From: a virus
Strand: one strand, 5' to 3'
Virus record (IMG/VR): IMGVR_UViG_3300046697_000072
DNA: 64,000 nt
In this document: positions 7,456-16,837 of the stretch, in pieces
How the letters are laid out: each line of letters begins with the position of its first letter
How positions within the stretch are numbered: the stretch's first letter is position 1
The notes under the pieces: model-generated
Seen by the model: the letters and a program-made list of their open reading frames with translations, nothing else
Told to the model about the DNA's origin: nothing
The model's database searches: none
Program-made: the position numbers and the translations under genes

Positions 7456-9295
7456 TTTGACGTGGGGTACGTCCTGCTGCCGGGCCGACACCGGCCTCGT
7501 GCTCCTCTTTCATTCGCTGCATTTCCACCTTGTAATCGGCGGGGAACTCCGCTTGCTCATAGAGGCCCTGAAGACTTAACGCCCCAAGTTTGTAGAGCGT
7601 CAGGCATTCCACCTTGCGCTGATATCTGGAACTGCTATGGCTGGACCCCGGCGCAATCCGTACCGAAAAGCGAGCCCAGTGGTCCTCCCTCGGTGCCGAA
7701 AACGGCTTCATGATATTCGGGTCGTAGTCACAATCCGCCCACGTCATCCCGTCCGAACCCAGCACGCGAAGCCTTCCGTCCAACGTTGCATACTGGAAGA
7801 TGTTGGAGCAAAGCTGTTTCCCGGATCGGCAGATGGCAGCTTCAAGATACCGGCCTTCGAGTTGGTAGGGCTGCGACATGGCCTCGCGCATCTGCTCGAT
7901 GGCCTCACCACCGGGCTGCTGCTTCTTACGCATCATCCCCTGGGTGTCCAACGCGCCAGAGCGCTTCTTCACGGTCTGCACCCAGTAGTTCAACGCTGCG
8001 TCGGTCCCGCTGGGGATGCTGGGGGAGTCCATCCAGAAGAGGTCGCCCCGCTGCATGATGGGATTACCTAGGATTTTCTGACCCGGTTTTCCGGGGATGA
8101 TCTGATCCCAGACGGCATCCGGGATGGCTCCGCGCTTGCCTACCAGAGTCCGGTTGAAGGCGTTGGTTATGGACTCTTCAACCCCGGCCCCGGCCCGGTT
8201 GATTGCCCCGTTGAGCGGCACGATGTCCCGGTACTTGCTGATCCCGCCCGGCATGAAGACGCACGGGTTCAATTGCAGCATCGTGTAGGGGTATTGCCCG
8301 TGCCAGAACGGGCTGGGGCCATCGTACATTACCCGGTCTCCGCCGAAGATAGTCAGGCGCTTCCGGGGGTACAACCTGCAGCCCGGTGGCACCAAGTAGT
8401 GGTAGTTGTGCTCCTCACGGGTCAGGTCCGGGTGGTGAACCCAGACTTCTTCGTTGCTCTCGTTCACGCTCCAGTCGTCGGAGTAGACCTCCTGGAGTTC
8501 AATGACCGGGTGTGGCGTGCCTTCGGTGCCACCCATCCTGGATGGGCCTTGGCCCCATAGTCCACGGCGCATCAGAGCCTTGCGCTTGAAGAACGGTGAG
8601 AGTGCGTCCCACTTGTACTCCGGGACATCATCCGGTCTGCCAAACTGGTCTTGCCCCAGACCGGCTGTTACGTGAACGGCCTCCCGTTCAAGACCACGGC
8701 ATTTGTCGATGCCGAATTTCTCAATGAAGTAGCCGATGGGCTTGTAGGCCCGGTCGATCACCGCTGCCGATTCCTGAATGTCTCCATTACACAGAACCGG
8801 GATCACTTCCCCCGGACCTTTACAGACAAAGAAGAACGCATCCGGGGCCGCAACTTGCTTCAGGAATCCGGTCCCGAACAGCGCGTGGTCTAGCCATTCC
8901 ACCACCCGCAGATCCAGGTCGTTCTCCGTCCACAGGTAGCGCATATAGTTGTGAACGACTTTGGCTTGCTCTTTGTAGGCCGGGACTTTGGAGTAGACCT
9001 CCAATGCCGGTCGGATCTGCGATAGCGAAGACAGGGCCTCCCGGCGCATGTCCTCCATGTAGTTGTCCACGAACGAGCTGCGGAACTTCGGGCGGCGATC
9101 TGGCCAGAACTTGCCTTGCAAGAGCGAGATGTACTGCTGGATGTTCTGGACTTCCTCCCAGTGGACCATCTCCTCTTTGCCCTGGCGTAGAAGGCTGTCA
9201 CGCCAGTTGGTCATTTTCCTGGAGTATCCGTCTTCAATGTCGATGGCTCCGCTCTTGCCGTGCGCCATCCCCGCCCTTGGAGAACTTGCAAACAT
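7424..9295 (-). CDS. portal (head-tail connector) protein
   Basis: 623 aa. Size, position relative to TerL and podovirus-type portal-like sequence (from memory). The start could instead be 9268. Confidence 0.7.
   Translation of the reverse strand: MFASSPRAGMAHGKSGAIDIEDGYSRKMTNWRDSLLRQGKEEMVHWEEVQNIQQYISLLQGKFWPDRRPKFRSSFVDNYMEDMRREALSSLSQIRPALEVYSKVPAYKEQAKVVHNYMRYLWTENDLDLRVVEWLDHALFGTGFLKQVAAPDAFFFVCKGPGEVIPVLCNGDIQESAAVIDRAYKPIGYFIEKFGIDKCRGLEREAVHVTAGLGQDQFGRPDDVPEYKWDALSPFFKRKALMRRGLWGQGPSRMGGTEGTPHPVIELQEVYSDDWSVNESNEEVWVHHPDLTREEHNYHYLVPPGCRLYPRKRLTIFGGDRVMYDGPSPFWHGQYPYTMLQLNPCVFMPGGISKYRDIVPLNGAINRAGAGVEESITNAFNRTLVGKRGAIPDAVWDQIIPGKPGQKILGNPIMQRGDLFWMDSPSIPSGTDAALNYWVQTVKKRSGALDTQGMMRKKQQPGGEAIEQMREAMSQPYQLEGRYLEAAICRSGKQLCSNIFQYATLDGRLRVLGSDGMTWADCDYDPNIMKPFSAPREDHWARFSVRIAPGSSHSSSRYQRKVECLTLYKLGALSLQGLYEQAEFPADYKVEMQRMKEEHEAGVGPAAGRTPRQTRGQRQGNPT
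7778..7791. repeat. palindrome copy GTCCAACGTTGCAT
   Basis: Inside the portal CDS. Confidence 0.95.
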
Positions 9296-9298
9296 AAT

Positions 9299-10105
9299 CT
9301 ACCCCGCCTTTTGAAAATAGCGCTTGCCTTCCCGGAACCTGAGAATGCCCGCACACTTCTTGGAACATGTGCGGAACGGATGGAACTTCAGTTCATACTC
9401 TGGGAACTTGAACTCCGCTCCGCAAACCTCACATTCTCGTTGAACCCATGGAGTATTAGCCCTTAGCCTGTTGTACGCTGCTCGGCAACTGTGGGAGCAC
9501 ACTTTGCCTTTGTTCTCGGGAGTAGACGCGGGGACCAAAAACCTCTTCCCGCAGGCAAGACATGTTTTCTCCTTGGCGGTGCAGCGCTGCCCTCCCCAGA
9601 AAACAACTAGCCCCTCAATCTGTCTCGGCTTAGAGATCCCTTGGGTAAGGCGAGATCTACGCACGTTGGCGCACGACTTAGAGCACGTCGCTTTATACGG
9701 ACGACCGGACAGATTGAATAAGGACAGGTAAGATTTTCTGCACTCAGAGCAATTAAACCACGCTGCCCGACGAGCCCTTCCATTGGAGACGACTAGGAAA
9801 AGTTCTCCTGCCTTGATCCTCCCCTGGCCGTTGGATCTGCCCGAATTACAGGCACTACATGAAGGGACAATGTTGTCTGGCCCGTTATTCAAAGTGTCCT
9901 CGTCAACATGGTCTGCAATCAGGAACCTTGGCGTGTTCACTGGCACGCCGACCATCCACTGTAGGGGGCACCCGCACCAATGGCAGCGCTGCTCCCCTGG
10001 ACCGATTTTTTGATAGAGCACAAGACGGTGTACGCGGACATACCCATTTATGCCCGCCAATGGGTGCCCTGGAAGCCGTGTAGTCTTATACTGGACAGGT
10101 TCCAT
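9299..10105 (-). CDS. HNH endonuclease with C-terminal zinc ribbons (paralog of 6352-7455)
   Basis: CHWCGCPL...IADHVDEDTLNNGPDNIVPSCSACN, plus three CxxCGK.F...CS..C repeats. Confidence 0.8.
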   Translation of the reverse strand: MEPVQYKTTRLPGHPLAGINGYVRVHRLVLYQKIGPGEQRCHWCGCPLQWMVGVPVNTPRFLIADHVDEDTLNNGPDNIVPSCSACNSGRSNGQGRIKAGELFLVVSNGRARRAAWFNCSECRKSYLSLFNLSGRPYKATCSKSCANVRRSRLTQGISKPRQIEGLVVFWGGQRCTAKEKTCLACGKRFLVPASTPENKGKVCSHSCRAAYNRLRANTPWVQRECEVCGAEFKFPEYELKFHPFRTCSKKCAGILRFREGKRYFQKAG

Positions 10106-10380
10106 CAGACCTCAACGCCCCGACCGGAACTGTACGGGGTCTTCACAGTTTTCCCGTCCTCTCCTACGTCGTAGGAATGGCCGTACTCCTTCGGGTTTGC
10201 ACAATGATTCCTACGGCAGAACTCCCTCTGATCGTCCCACGTTTTTATTTCACAAGCTCGGGGTTTCCCGGTTGCGTCCCGTTCCCAGGCCACGTGCCCA
10301 TCCTGGTGAGAGTTCTCCAGGCGCTTATCGTTGTAGCGGGCGGTCAATGCTCCCGTGAACACCACCGCGAAGGTGCTCAT
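10105..10380 (-). CDS. hypothetical protein (start uncertain)
   Basis: ATG at 10380. The longer form from 10572 would overlap the upstream gene by 80 nt. Confidence 0.35.
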   Translation of the reverse strand: MSTFAVVFTGALTARYNDKRLENSHQDGHVAWERDATGKPRACEIKTWDDQREFCRRNHCANPKEYGHSYDVGEDGKTVKTPYSSGRGVEV

Positions 10381-10492
10381 CTCTCGCTTGGTGGGACCAC
10401 CGCAGGACGCACAGGCCGGATTTGGGGAGTCCGAGTGCCAGAGGAAATGCTCAATCGGGTGTCCGTGGGCAAGGCAACTCGGAGATGTGCAG

Positions 10493-11104
10493 CTACTCTC
10501 TATGAGTGGCGTCGGACACCTCCTGTGCAACGTTGGATGGCTGCAACTCCGCGAACAACTCCGCGCCTCCACCCAGAGCCTTACGGATCAGGGCCAGCAG
10601 TTCTCCACCGGAATTGAACTGTCCGTCCAGCAACTCTTCCAGATCCCGTTTCTCCGGGGGTGCCATCAGTATTCGCACGGGCCGGTGGCCGGGGTCGATC
10701 TCATAGACCCACTCCCGTTCCAGGATCGTATCCACGGTCTCCTGGACAAGTGCTTCCGGGGTTTGGCCGGAGACCCGTGCAATCTCTTCGTAAGCTGGCC
10801 AGTAGGACGGGTCGATCAGGATCGTGACTTTGTGCTTGCCTTCGGTGATCCCGGTGCCTTCGGAGATCAGCGCTACGATCTCTTCCTCGGTTTCCGGGTC
10901 CACGCCGCAGGCTTCCCGGATTCGGGTGATCCCGTGCGGGCTGATCAGCATTCCTCCGTCTGCGATCTGGGTGAGAAAGACTTCTGCGACTCGCGCCACT
11001 CGGCGGGCATCGGTCATAGTCGGGGCGTCTATCCGCTCGATGATGTCCTGCGCCTGAGTTGGTGTGAGTCGAACGTCAATCGTATAGATAACTGTGTCGG
11101 CCAT
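10493..11104 (-). CDS. hypothetical protein, 203 aa
   Basis: Clean ORF with protein-like composition. Confidence 0.6.
   Translation of the reverse strand: MADTVIYTIDVRLTPTQAQDIIERIDAPTMTDARRVARVAEVFLTQIADGGMLISPHGITRIREACGVDPETEEEIVALISEGTGITEGKHKVTILIDPSYWPAYEEIARVSGQTPEALVQETVDTILEREWVYEIDPGHRPVRILMAPPEKRDLEELLDGQFNSGGELLALIRKALGGGAELFAELQPSNVAQEVSDATHRE
10525..10538. repeat. palindrome copy GTGCAACGTTGGAT
   Basis: 3' end of CDS 10493-11104. Confidence 0.95.
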
Positions 11105-11156
11105 TTCGGCTCCTTCAGTTCGGATCTTACACCTTTAACAACCTGAAATGCAAGGG

Positions 11157-11492
11157 TTAAATCATTGCTATCTTCCAGATGGCCAGCCACAGAACCTTGC
11201 ATAGAACGTGCAGGGCCTGATCGACATTAAGCCCGTACCTGCCGTCGCATTTCCCATAGTCGATCAAAGCGTGGGTGCAGAACTCTGCCACGCCAAGCAC
11301 TACGCTCCCGGTCACCAGTGAGACCGCACCCGCCTGAATCAGAGCATGAGCCGCGAGACATTGATACCAGGGGATCGTCGGGATGGGGTTTTTGTGGTTC
11401 TTGCCCCGCGCAAGGAAATCTCCCTGGAGTGGGTAGTCGCAAACTGCGTGGCCCACCAGCAGCCACCAGAATGAAGTCAGTATCAGCGTCAT
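11157..11492 (-). CDS. DUF3307-like integral membrane protein
   Basis: MTLILTSFWWLLVGHAVCDYPLQGDF.. The ATG overlaps the terL stop (ATGA). Confidence 0.55.
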   Translation of the reverse strand: MTLILTSFWWLLVGHAVCDYPLQGDFLARGKNHKNPIPTIPWYQCLAAHALIQAGAVSLVTGSVVLGVAEFCTHALIDYGKCDGRYGLNVDQALHVLCKVLWLAIWKIAMI

Positions 11493-14400
11493 AGTACCCC
11501 CAGTTCTACCTCGGGCGGCTTCTCGTTGTCCCGCTGCGCGCTCATCCATTCGAACGCTTCGTCCAGATTCGTCTTCCGGGGATCGGCGGTAGTCACCGGC
11601 TCCCCGGTAATCCGAATCGACTGGCAGGCTTCGTTCGGGCATCGGTACTCTTTCTCCGGGTTCGCTGCCCCCCACACGGTCTTACACTTTAGGCACGTCA
11701 TCCTGTACCGGGCCGGGGCCGACTCTTCGATCCCCACGGGAACCTGGATGCGCCCAGTTTCATCGCAGTCCAATTCGTGTGCCGTGTATAAACTGATCAT
11801 GCCTGCCATGAGTTCGTCATCATTGCAGTTTGACGCAGCCCCGAAAGACCGGCTGGCGTATTCTTCCTTCCGGTACGTGGTCGTTTCCTCAAAGAAGTTC
11901 TTCGACCGGATGATCCAGCAATGGGAGAGCAGCCAGTCCACGGCGGTCTGGTGCAGGTAAGCCTTTGTGTTCGGCTTCGTCCACCAGTGCCACGTCTGAG
12001 ACATTGGGTTGATCTTGTCCTTGTGCTTCCAGCGGTAGACGTTCGGGTAGTGGTAGACGTACAGCAAGTCATCCCCAGTGGTCTGGTAGGTGTTGTACTC
12101 GACGGCCATTTCCCCGTAGTTGTACCACTTGCCGATCACGTTCGCGTAGAACGCCAAATCCTTGGGGTAAGTGTGGTTGTCCCGGAAGACGGCTACCTGT
12201 TCATCGGGCCGGTGCGGGCCACCGATCTTGTTGACGAAGATCACGGAATAGTCTTCCCCGATCCCTTCGCTGACATCGACAGCAATGGAGTACGTCGCGC
12301 CTTTGATCGGCTCCTCCCATACCCAGAACGGAGTGTCGTCATGCCGGTGGTCAACGTTGCACGTCGGCACGAAGCACCGGCCTTTCCGCAGAGGATCGGC
12401 TCCGTGGATCTCCCCGTTGTCCCGATAGATTTTGCCTTTCTTCAGCGGGAACTCTTCGATGGTCTCCGTCATCCAGTCCCGGCAGGCATCACTGAATAGA
12501 ACGTAGCCGCTCACTTGCCAGGATTCCTCGGACGTAACGCAATTGTGGACAGTGAATCCGTTTGCTGAAAACAGATGTGAAGGGGTGATCTCCATGTCGA
12601 ACACGGAGCAATCCTCCCCCGCTTGGACCTTCAGAACCCTGTCGGCCATTGGATGCTGATAGGACCACTGGTTAATCTGGAAAGTTGGCCTTATGCAAGC
12701 GCTACGCTTACGGTCACTGATGAATCCGACGCGCTCGTGGAATCGGTTGGACTGCGTGACCCCTAAGCCCAAGCACCTCCCTGTAAACGTTCTTCCCTCG
12801 GAATTAGTTTTGTCCTCTTTGTGGATCGTTCCGTTAATCCCGAAAGCCAACAGCAGTAGCTGGACATCCCTGATGAACGGTTCGAACTTCGAGAAAAACC
12901 GAGTGCGCGGAACATTCTTGTCAGCGTTACCGTCACATTCGAACAGGGCCGACAAGAACTCCTTGACAACTGAAGCCGGTGATCTCCAAATACAGTCTGG
13001 GACGCGCACCTTCCGATGCCAGCCGTACTTGTTGTTCGGCCACAATTCGATAGCACCGATCTGCTTTAAGATGGGTCTCCACCGAATGTCGTGGGACCTC
13101 AGGCTGTTCATGCCTCCAATGCGAGATCGGCAACAAGCGTGCCCGGTAAATTTGATAACAAGCCGGTCGATATCATCGGCTACGTCTGGGTCTTTGGCGT
13201 CACAGGCGAAACCGATCCCACCTTCAGTAAGACCGCCATCCCCCATGAAGTACCCCAGGAACCGTCCGAGGTCTTCATCGACATGAATGGAATGGTGCTC
13301 TATCGGAGGGTCAGACCATTCGATTTCGCAATAGCGGCCTGATAAGCGCGGGGGGCAAAGCCGAACAGAATCTCCGTAGTGTAGGTCTCCCGCCGCTTTC
13401 CAGTCTCCGGATTCCAGGAGGATCAAGTGGTCTGCCGTGCATTGGAGAATTCTACCGCTCAATGTTTCAACGATGACCGTGTGCTGAAATCCTTTGTCGA
13501 ACCATCCGGAGACTTCTCCCGACTCGGAGGATTGCCCGACGTTCTCCCTCGCCCCTATGGGAAGAATCCCAAGCTCTGTAGAGACCCGCATATTCCCGGC
13601 GATGCAATGTTCCTGACGAAGTAACTTTACAGCATTGACACCCTGTTCTTCGGCCTGTTCACGCCGGTCCTGGTGCCAGTAAAGCTGCTCATCAGTGAGC
13701 ACCAGCCGCATCAACGTTCCAGCCTTGCACTCCGGGCAAACAGTCCCGATCATGGATTCTTCCATGACGATGGCCTTCTGGTAGCGCCCGCAGATAGAGT
13801 TATTGCACCGAGCCCATTCTTTTTTAACGCGCTCACGGAGCGTGAACTCTTTGTGGGGCATAGTCCAGCCGTTTGGAGGAGCCAACACGCGGGTAGTCTC
13901 GAAGAACGTCGGAAGGAATAGCGGATACCATTTCGGCCATTTCCCGGCATCCAGACGGCGTTCACAGGCCCTCCAGAGTAAGTGGGATGCCGTTCCGGCC
14001 CCGCGCCCAGTGGACTCCATGAATCCGAAAACTTCCGGGTCATCGGCCATGGAGTTTGCCAAGTCTTCGTTTACGATGGCCTCCAGGTCTTCTTCCAAGA
14101 AATCCGAGAATTCAGAACAGTGAACCGCGTCGATAGGGATGCCCTGTCCTACACCGGAGTACTGATTGGACCACTGCACGAAAACTTTAGAGTTCAGTCC
14201 GGGGTGGCGAGAGCGCTGGTTATCGTCCGGGTTCTCGAACCACAGTCCGTACTGCTCCTCACGCCGAGCTATCATGGGCTTCAACCACCACGGCAGCTTG
14301 TCGTAAATGTGGAGCATGAGCCCGAACAAGTAGGACGAGTGTTTCTGATCCACAGAGATCACGATGGCGTTCGTGTTGGGGAAAAACATCGACCGCCACG

Positions 14401-14776
14401 CGATCATGGCTTCGATCAAAGTGCTGCATCCCAACTGCCGGCCCTTCACGATAATCAGTTTCTGGGGCTTCCCCATTGCCTTCAGCCGGTAGAACTCCTG
14501 AAGGATCAAATACTGCGATTCCCAGAGAGTGAAAAGCTGGTCCTGCTTTTTCTTCGTGGTGATCCAGAAGTAGTTCCTGGCCGCGTAGGAGAAGTCATCC
14601 GAGCAGTCTCGGGCCTGCTCCATGATGGCCTGCCGGTCGGAAGGGGAGCATGACTCGAACTTATCTGACGATGGGAGCCGGTCCCAGTCTTCGAGTGAGA
14701 TTTTTAGCTTGGCCGGGAGGCCCTGGTCTAGCCAGTCGATCATGCTTTGGATCGAAGGGTCTCGCTTCCAGGCCAT
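11489..14776 (-). CDS. terL: terminase large subunit (intein-containing precursor)
   Basis: Walker A KGRQLGCST and Walker B IDAVHCSEF. C-terminal nuclease-like region. Interrupted by a 355-aa intein. Two Cys4 ribbon-like inserts. Confidence 0.85.
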   Translation of the reverse strand: MAWKRDPSIQSMIDWLDQGLPAKLKISLEDWDRLPSSDKFESCSPSDRQAIMEQARDCSDDFSYAARNYFWITTKKKQDQLFTLWESQYLILQEFYRLKAMGKPQKLIIVKGRQLGCSTLIEAMIAWRSMFFPNTNAIVISVDQKHSSYLFGLMLHIYDKLPWWLKPMIARREEQYGLWFENPDDNQRSRHPGLNSKVFVQWSNQYSGVGQGIPIDAVHCSEFSDFLEEDLEAIVNEDLANSMADDPEVFGFMESTGRGAGTASHLLWRACERRLDAGKWPKWYPLFLPTFFETTRVLAPPNGWTMPHKEFTLRERVKKEWARCNNSICGRYQKAIVMEESMIGTVCPECKAGTLMRLVLTDEQLYWHQDRREQAEEQGVNAVKLLRQEHCIAGNMRVSTELGILPIGARENVGQSSESGEVSGWFDKGFQHTVIVETLSGRILQCTADHLILLESGDWKAAGDLHYGDSVRLCPPRLSGRYCEIEWSDPPIEHHSIHVDEDLGRFLGYFMGDGGLTEGGIGFACDAKDPDVADDIDRLVIKFTGHACCRSRIGGMNSLRSHDIRWRPILKQIGAIELWPNNKYGWHRKVRVPDCIWRSPASVVKEFLSALFECDGNADKNVPRTRFFSKFEPFIRDVQLLLLAFGINGTIHKEDKTNSEGRTFTGRCLGLGVTQSNRFHERVGFISDRKRSACIRPTFQINQWSYQHPMADRVLKVQAGEDCSVFDMEITPSHLFSANGFTVHNCVTSEESWQVSGYVLFSDACRDWMTETIEEFPLKKGKIYRDNGEIHGADPLRKGRCFVPTCNVDHRHDDTPFWVWEEPIKGATYSIAVDVSEGIGEDYSVIFVNKIGGPHRPDEQVAVFRDNHTYPKDLAFYANVIGKWYNYGEMAVEYNTYQTTGDDLLYVYHYPNVYRWKHKDKINPMSQTWHWWTKPNTKAYLHQTAVDWLLSHCWIIRSKNFFEETTTYRKEEYASRSFGAASNCNDDELMAGMISLYTAHELDCDETGRIQVPVGIEESAPARYRMTCLKCKTVWGAANPEKEYRCPNEACQSIRITGEPVTTADPRKTNLDEAFEWMSAQRDNEKPPEVELGVL
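12349..12362. repeat. palindrome copy GGTCAACGTTGCAC
   Basis: terL C-extein. Confidence 0.9.
12542..13606 (-). mobile_element. class 1 intein with LAGLIDADG homing endonuclease domain (355 aa)
   Basis: Starts CIAGNMRV, block B is TADH, ends FTVHN followed by Cys+1. Dodecapeptide motifs LGYFMGDGG and LSALFECDGN. Confidence 0.85.
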
Positions 14777-14779
14777 CGC

Positions 14780-15250
14780 TTATTCCTCAGCCGCGATCTT
14801 CTCGTCAGTGAAGTCTTCAACCGGGGTAGCGATGAACTCAACGTCGGCTGCGGGCAGGAGCTTGCGCTGCTGGCGTTCTTCGGCCAACTGCCGGTAGATT
14901 TCATCTGGGGTGGTTGCGCCTTTGACCCGGCTTACAGAACCAACCGAGGCGTTCTGGTTGTTCTGGTTCATGACGATGTTCAGGTCCCCGCGCTTGCCGG
15001 ACAGTATTCCGTAGACCTCCATGGCCTGCTGCACGGATCTGGAGTCGTCGTTGTCCAGGTTCCGGATCATGGCGTTGAAGGCTCTGACCAACACCGGCTT
15101 GGCAAAGTGGGCTTGGATTTTTTGCTGGAACTTTCCCCCGGCAAGGTGGGCTGGGGTGATCTTCATGGCCTCCAGTTTCTCGGGGAGACGAATACTGGGG
15201 GCTCGCTTGCGCTTCAGGAGTACCGAAGTAGTGGGCTTCTTTTTGGCCAT
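14780..15250 (-). CDS. terminase small subunit candidate (called from position only)
   Basis: 156-aa basic N-terminus ORF immediately upstream of terL. Confidence 0.4.
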   Translation of the reverse strand: MAKKKPTTSVLLKRKRAPSIRLPEKLEAMKITPAHLAGGKFQQKIQAHFAKPVLVRAFNAMIRNLDNDDSRSVQQAMEVYGILSGKRGDLNIVMNQNNQNASVGSVSRVKGATTPDEIYRQLAEERQQRKLLPAADVEFIATPVEDFTDEKIAAEE

Positions 15251-15360
15251 GGCTACGCTATCTCACCCGAGCATAGCACACTGCCCGTTATTCAGTCCCT
15301 CGGGAACCGAGTAACCAGCAGCCACACCAGCACGATCACCAGCAGGAGCGGTAATGCTCC

Positions 15361-15537
15361 TCAGACCCCCAGGGCCTTCAGCGTGGGCCATACCACGTAG
15401 AGGGCCAGAAAGAAGACGCCCCAACAGAACGCGGCATTCCCGTACCACGGCTGGCCGGGTGCCCCGCGCCACCACCACGATTGTCCAAGTGCCGCGATGA
15501 ACAGCAGCAGCACACATAAAACTGCGATGAACGGCAT
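15361..15537 (-). CDS. small membrane protein, 58 aa
   Basis: SD GGAAGGAG. MPFIAVLCVLLLFIAALG... has two hydrophobic segments. Confidence 0.5.
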   Translation of the reverse strand: MPFIAVLCVLLLFIAALGQSWWWRGAPGQPWYGNAAFCWGVFFLALYVVWPTLKALGV

Positions 15538-15570
15538 AATGCTCCTTCCGCCCGTTAACCGGGCACGCGG

Positions 15571-15861
15571 CTAGAACGTGTCCAGGAACCGCTGCCACAT
15601 CGTCCGCTTGGGCGACGGCAACGGAATGTCCATGTCCAGATCGGGACGGGATTCCGAGTCCGCAATAATGATCGGAGTCTCGGGGGGTTCGAACTCTGGT
15701 TCCGCTCCCTCATCGCTCTCAGCTTCCGCTGCTAGGTCCGCGACATCCTGCGCGTGCTGCAAGGCGTCGAGCCGCATCTGTTCGTGGACCGCCGCCGCCT
15801 TCGCCAGCTTCGCCTTGAGCGCCGCTGCGCGTTTCTTCAATGACTCTTTTGTCGCTCTCAT
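15571..15861 (-). CDS. hypothetical protein, 96 aa
   Basis: ORF with a coiled-coil-like N-terminus. Confidence 0.5.
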   Translation of the reverse strand: MRATKESLKKRAAALKAKLAKAAAVHEQMRLDALQHAQDVADLAAEAESDEGAEPEFEPPETPIIIADSESRPDLDMDIPLPSPKRTMWQRFLDTF

Positions 15862-15912
15862 ATATTCACCCTATTATGGGGAGAGGACATCCCCTCCCCG
15901 CCCGTTTCGCTA

Positions 15913-16035
15913 CTACTGCTTCTGTTTCGCCACAAGCGCCGCCAGTTCCTGGACTTCTGCGGGAGTTTGCTGCGGTACCGGTTTCTGCTGCAAAGCCGCG
16001 AGGCGGTTTTGCTCGGTGGGGTTGAGTTGTGCCAT
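15913..16035 (-). CDS. small protein, 40 aa
   Basis: SD AAGGAG 5 nt upstream. Product MAQLNPTEQNRLAALQQKPVPQQ.. Confidence 0.4.
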   Translation of the reverse strand: MAQLNPTEQNRLAALQQKPVPQQTPAEVQELAALVAKQKQ

Positions 16036-16100
16036 TTTTCTCCTTTCCAGCTAGGACAGCTTAATGGTCCTGCGAAACCACTCCATACTCATCATATCGT

Positions 16101-16119
16101 GTTCCGCTGGGCGCGCGGC
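16101..16119 (-). repeat. GC-rich element GCCGCGCGCCCAGCGGAAC (copy C)
   Basis: Shares its core with the copies at 22269-22292 and 22748-22771, in the same orientation. Confidence 0.7.
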
Positions 16120-16670
16120 TAACCTTTCACTACCTTCATTCCGTCCGGCGGAGTATCTTGGCGTGCCCACCTGCCCGCCGCCATAATATCAGCCAACGAC
16201 TGCACCCGTGAGGATATTTCCTCGACGTGCCGACGCACACTGTCCATTTCGTCGAGGTGTTTCGTAATCACGGAACTGGCAGCTAAAGCGGTGGCCTGCG
16301 CTGCAATTGCTTTGCGGGAATTCCGGTAAACGAACGTGACGATCAGAACCAACAGCGCGTTAGCCGATCCAAGGAGCCACAGCATCACTCGGTTTTCATC
16401 CTCCAGACGAGTCGCCCTCACACGTAGATTTGCAGCGTGAAGTTCAGCCATCTCCTCCTCCAGAACGGAGACCCTGGGAGGCAAGTTGGCGCGCTCAAGC
16501 GCGGTAAGGGATTCGGCGCGTACGGCGTCTTCCCGTTCGTGCTCGATCAACCGATCAAGCGGAACCATCTGACCTGCCTGTGCGGATTTTGATGGGTTGA
16601 GGAGAACTGCCCCAATTGCTCCACCGACCACAAACACGATTAGGGCTAGAGCCACGATAAGCGATCTCAT
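16119..16670 (-). CDS. membrane protein with two TM segments and a coiled coil
   Basis: Internal ATG at 16670 follows GGAGAG. Product MRSLIVALALIVFVVGG.. Confidence 0.55.
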   Translation of the reverse strand: MRSLIVALALIVFVVGGAIGAVLLNPSKSAQAGQMVPLDRLIEHEREDAVRAESLTALERANLPPRVSVLEEEMAELHAANLRVRATRLEDENRVMLWLLGSANALLVLIVTFVYRNSRKAIAAQATALAASSVITKHLDEMDSVRRHVEEISSRVQSLADIMAAGRWARQDTPPDGMKVVKG

Positions 16671-16837
16671 CTTCTCTCCATGAAACATTTGCAAGACCCA
16701 GTAATACTTCCCTTGCGCGGCCCGCCAACCCTCCTCTTCACGATGCAAAGCTAGTAAGCGAAACCCAGGATCTTGGTAACCCTCACTTGAACAGTACCGT
16801 ACTATCAGGTCTAGGTCAAGGCCCTAAGTGTCTGTTT

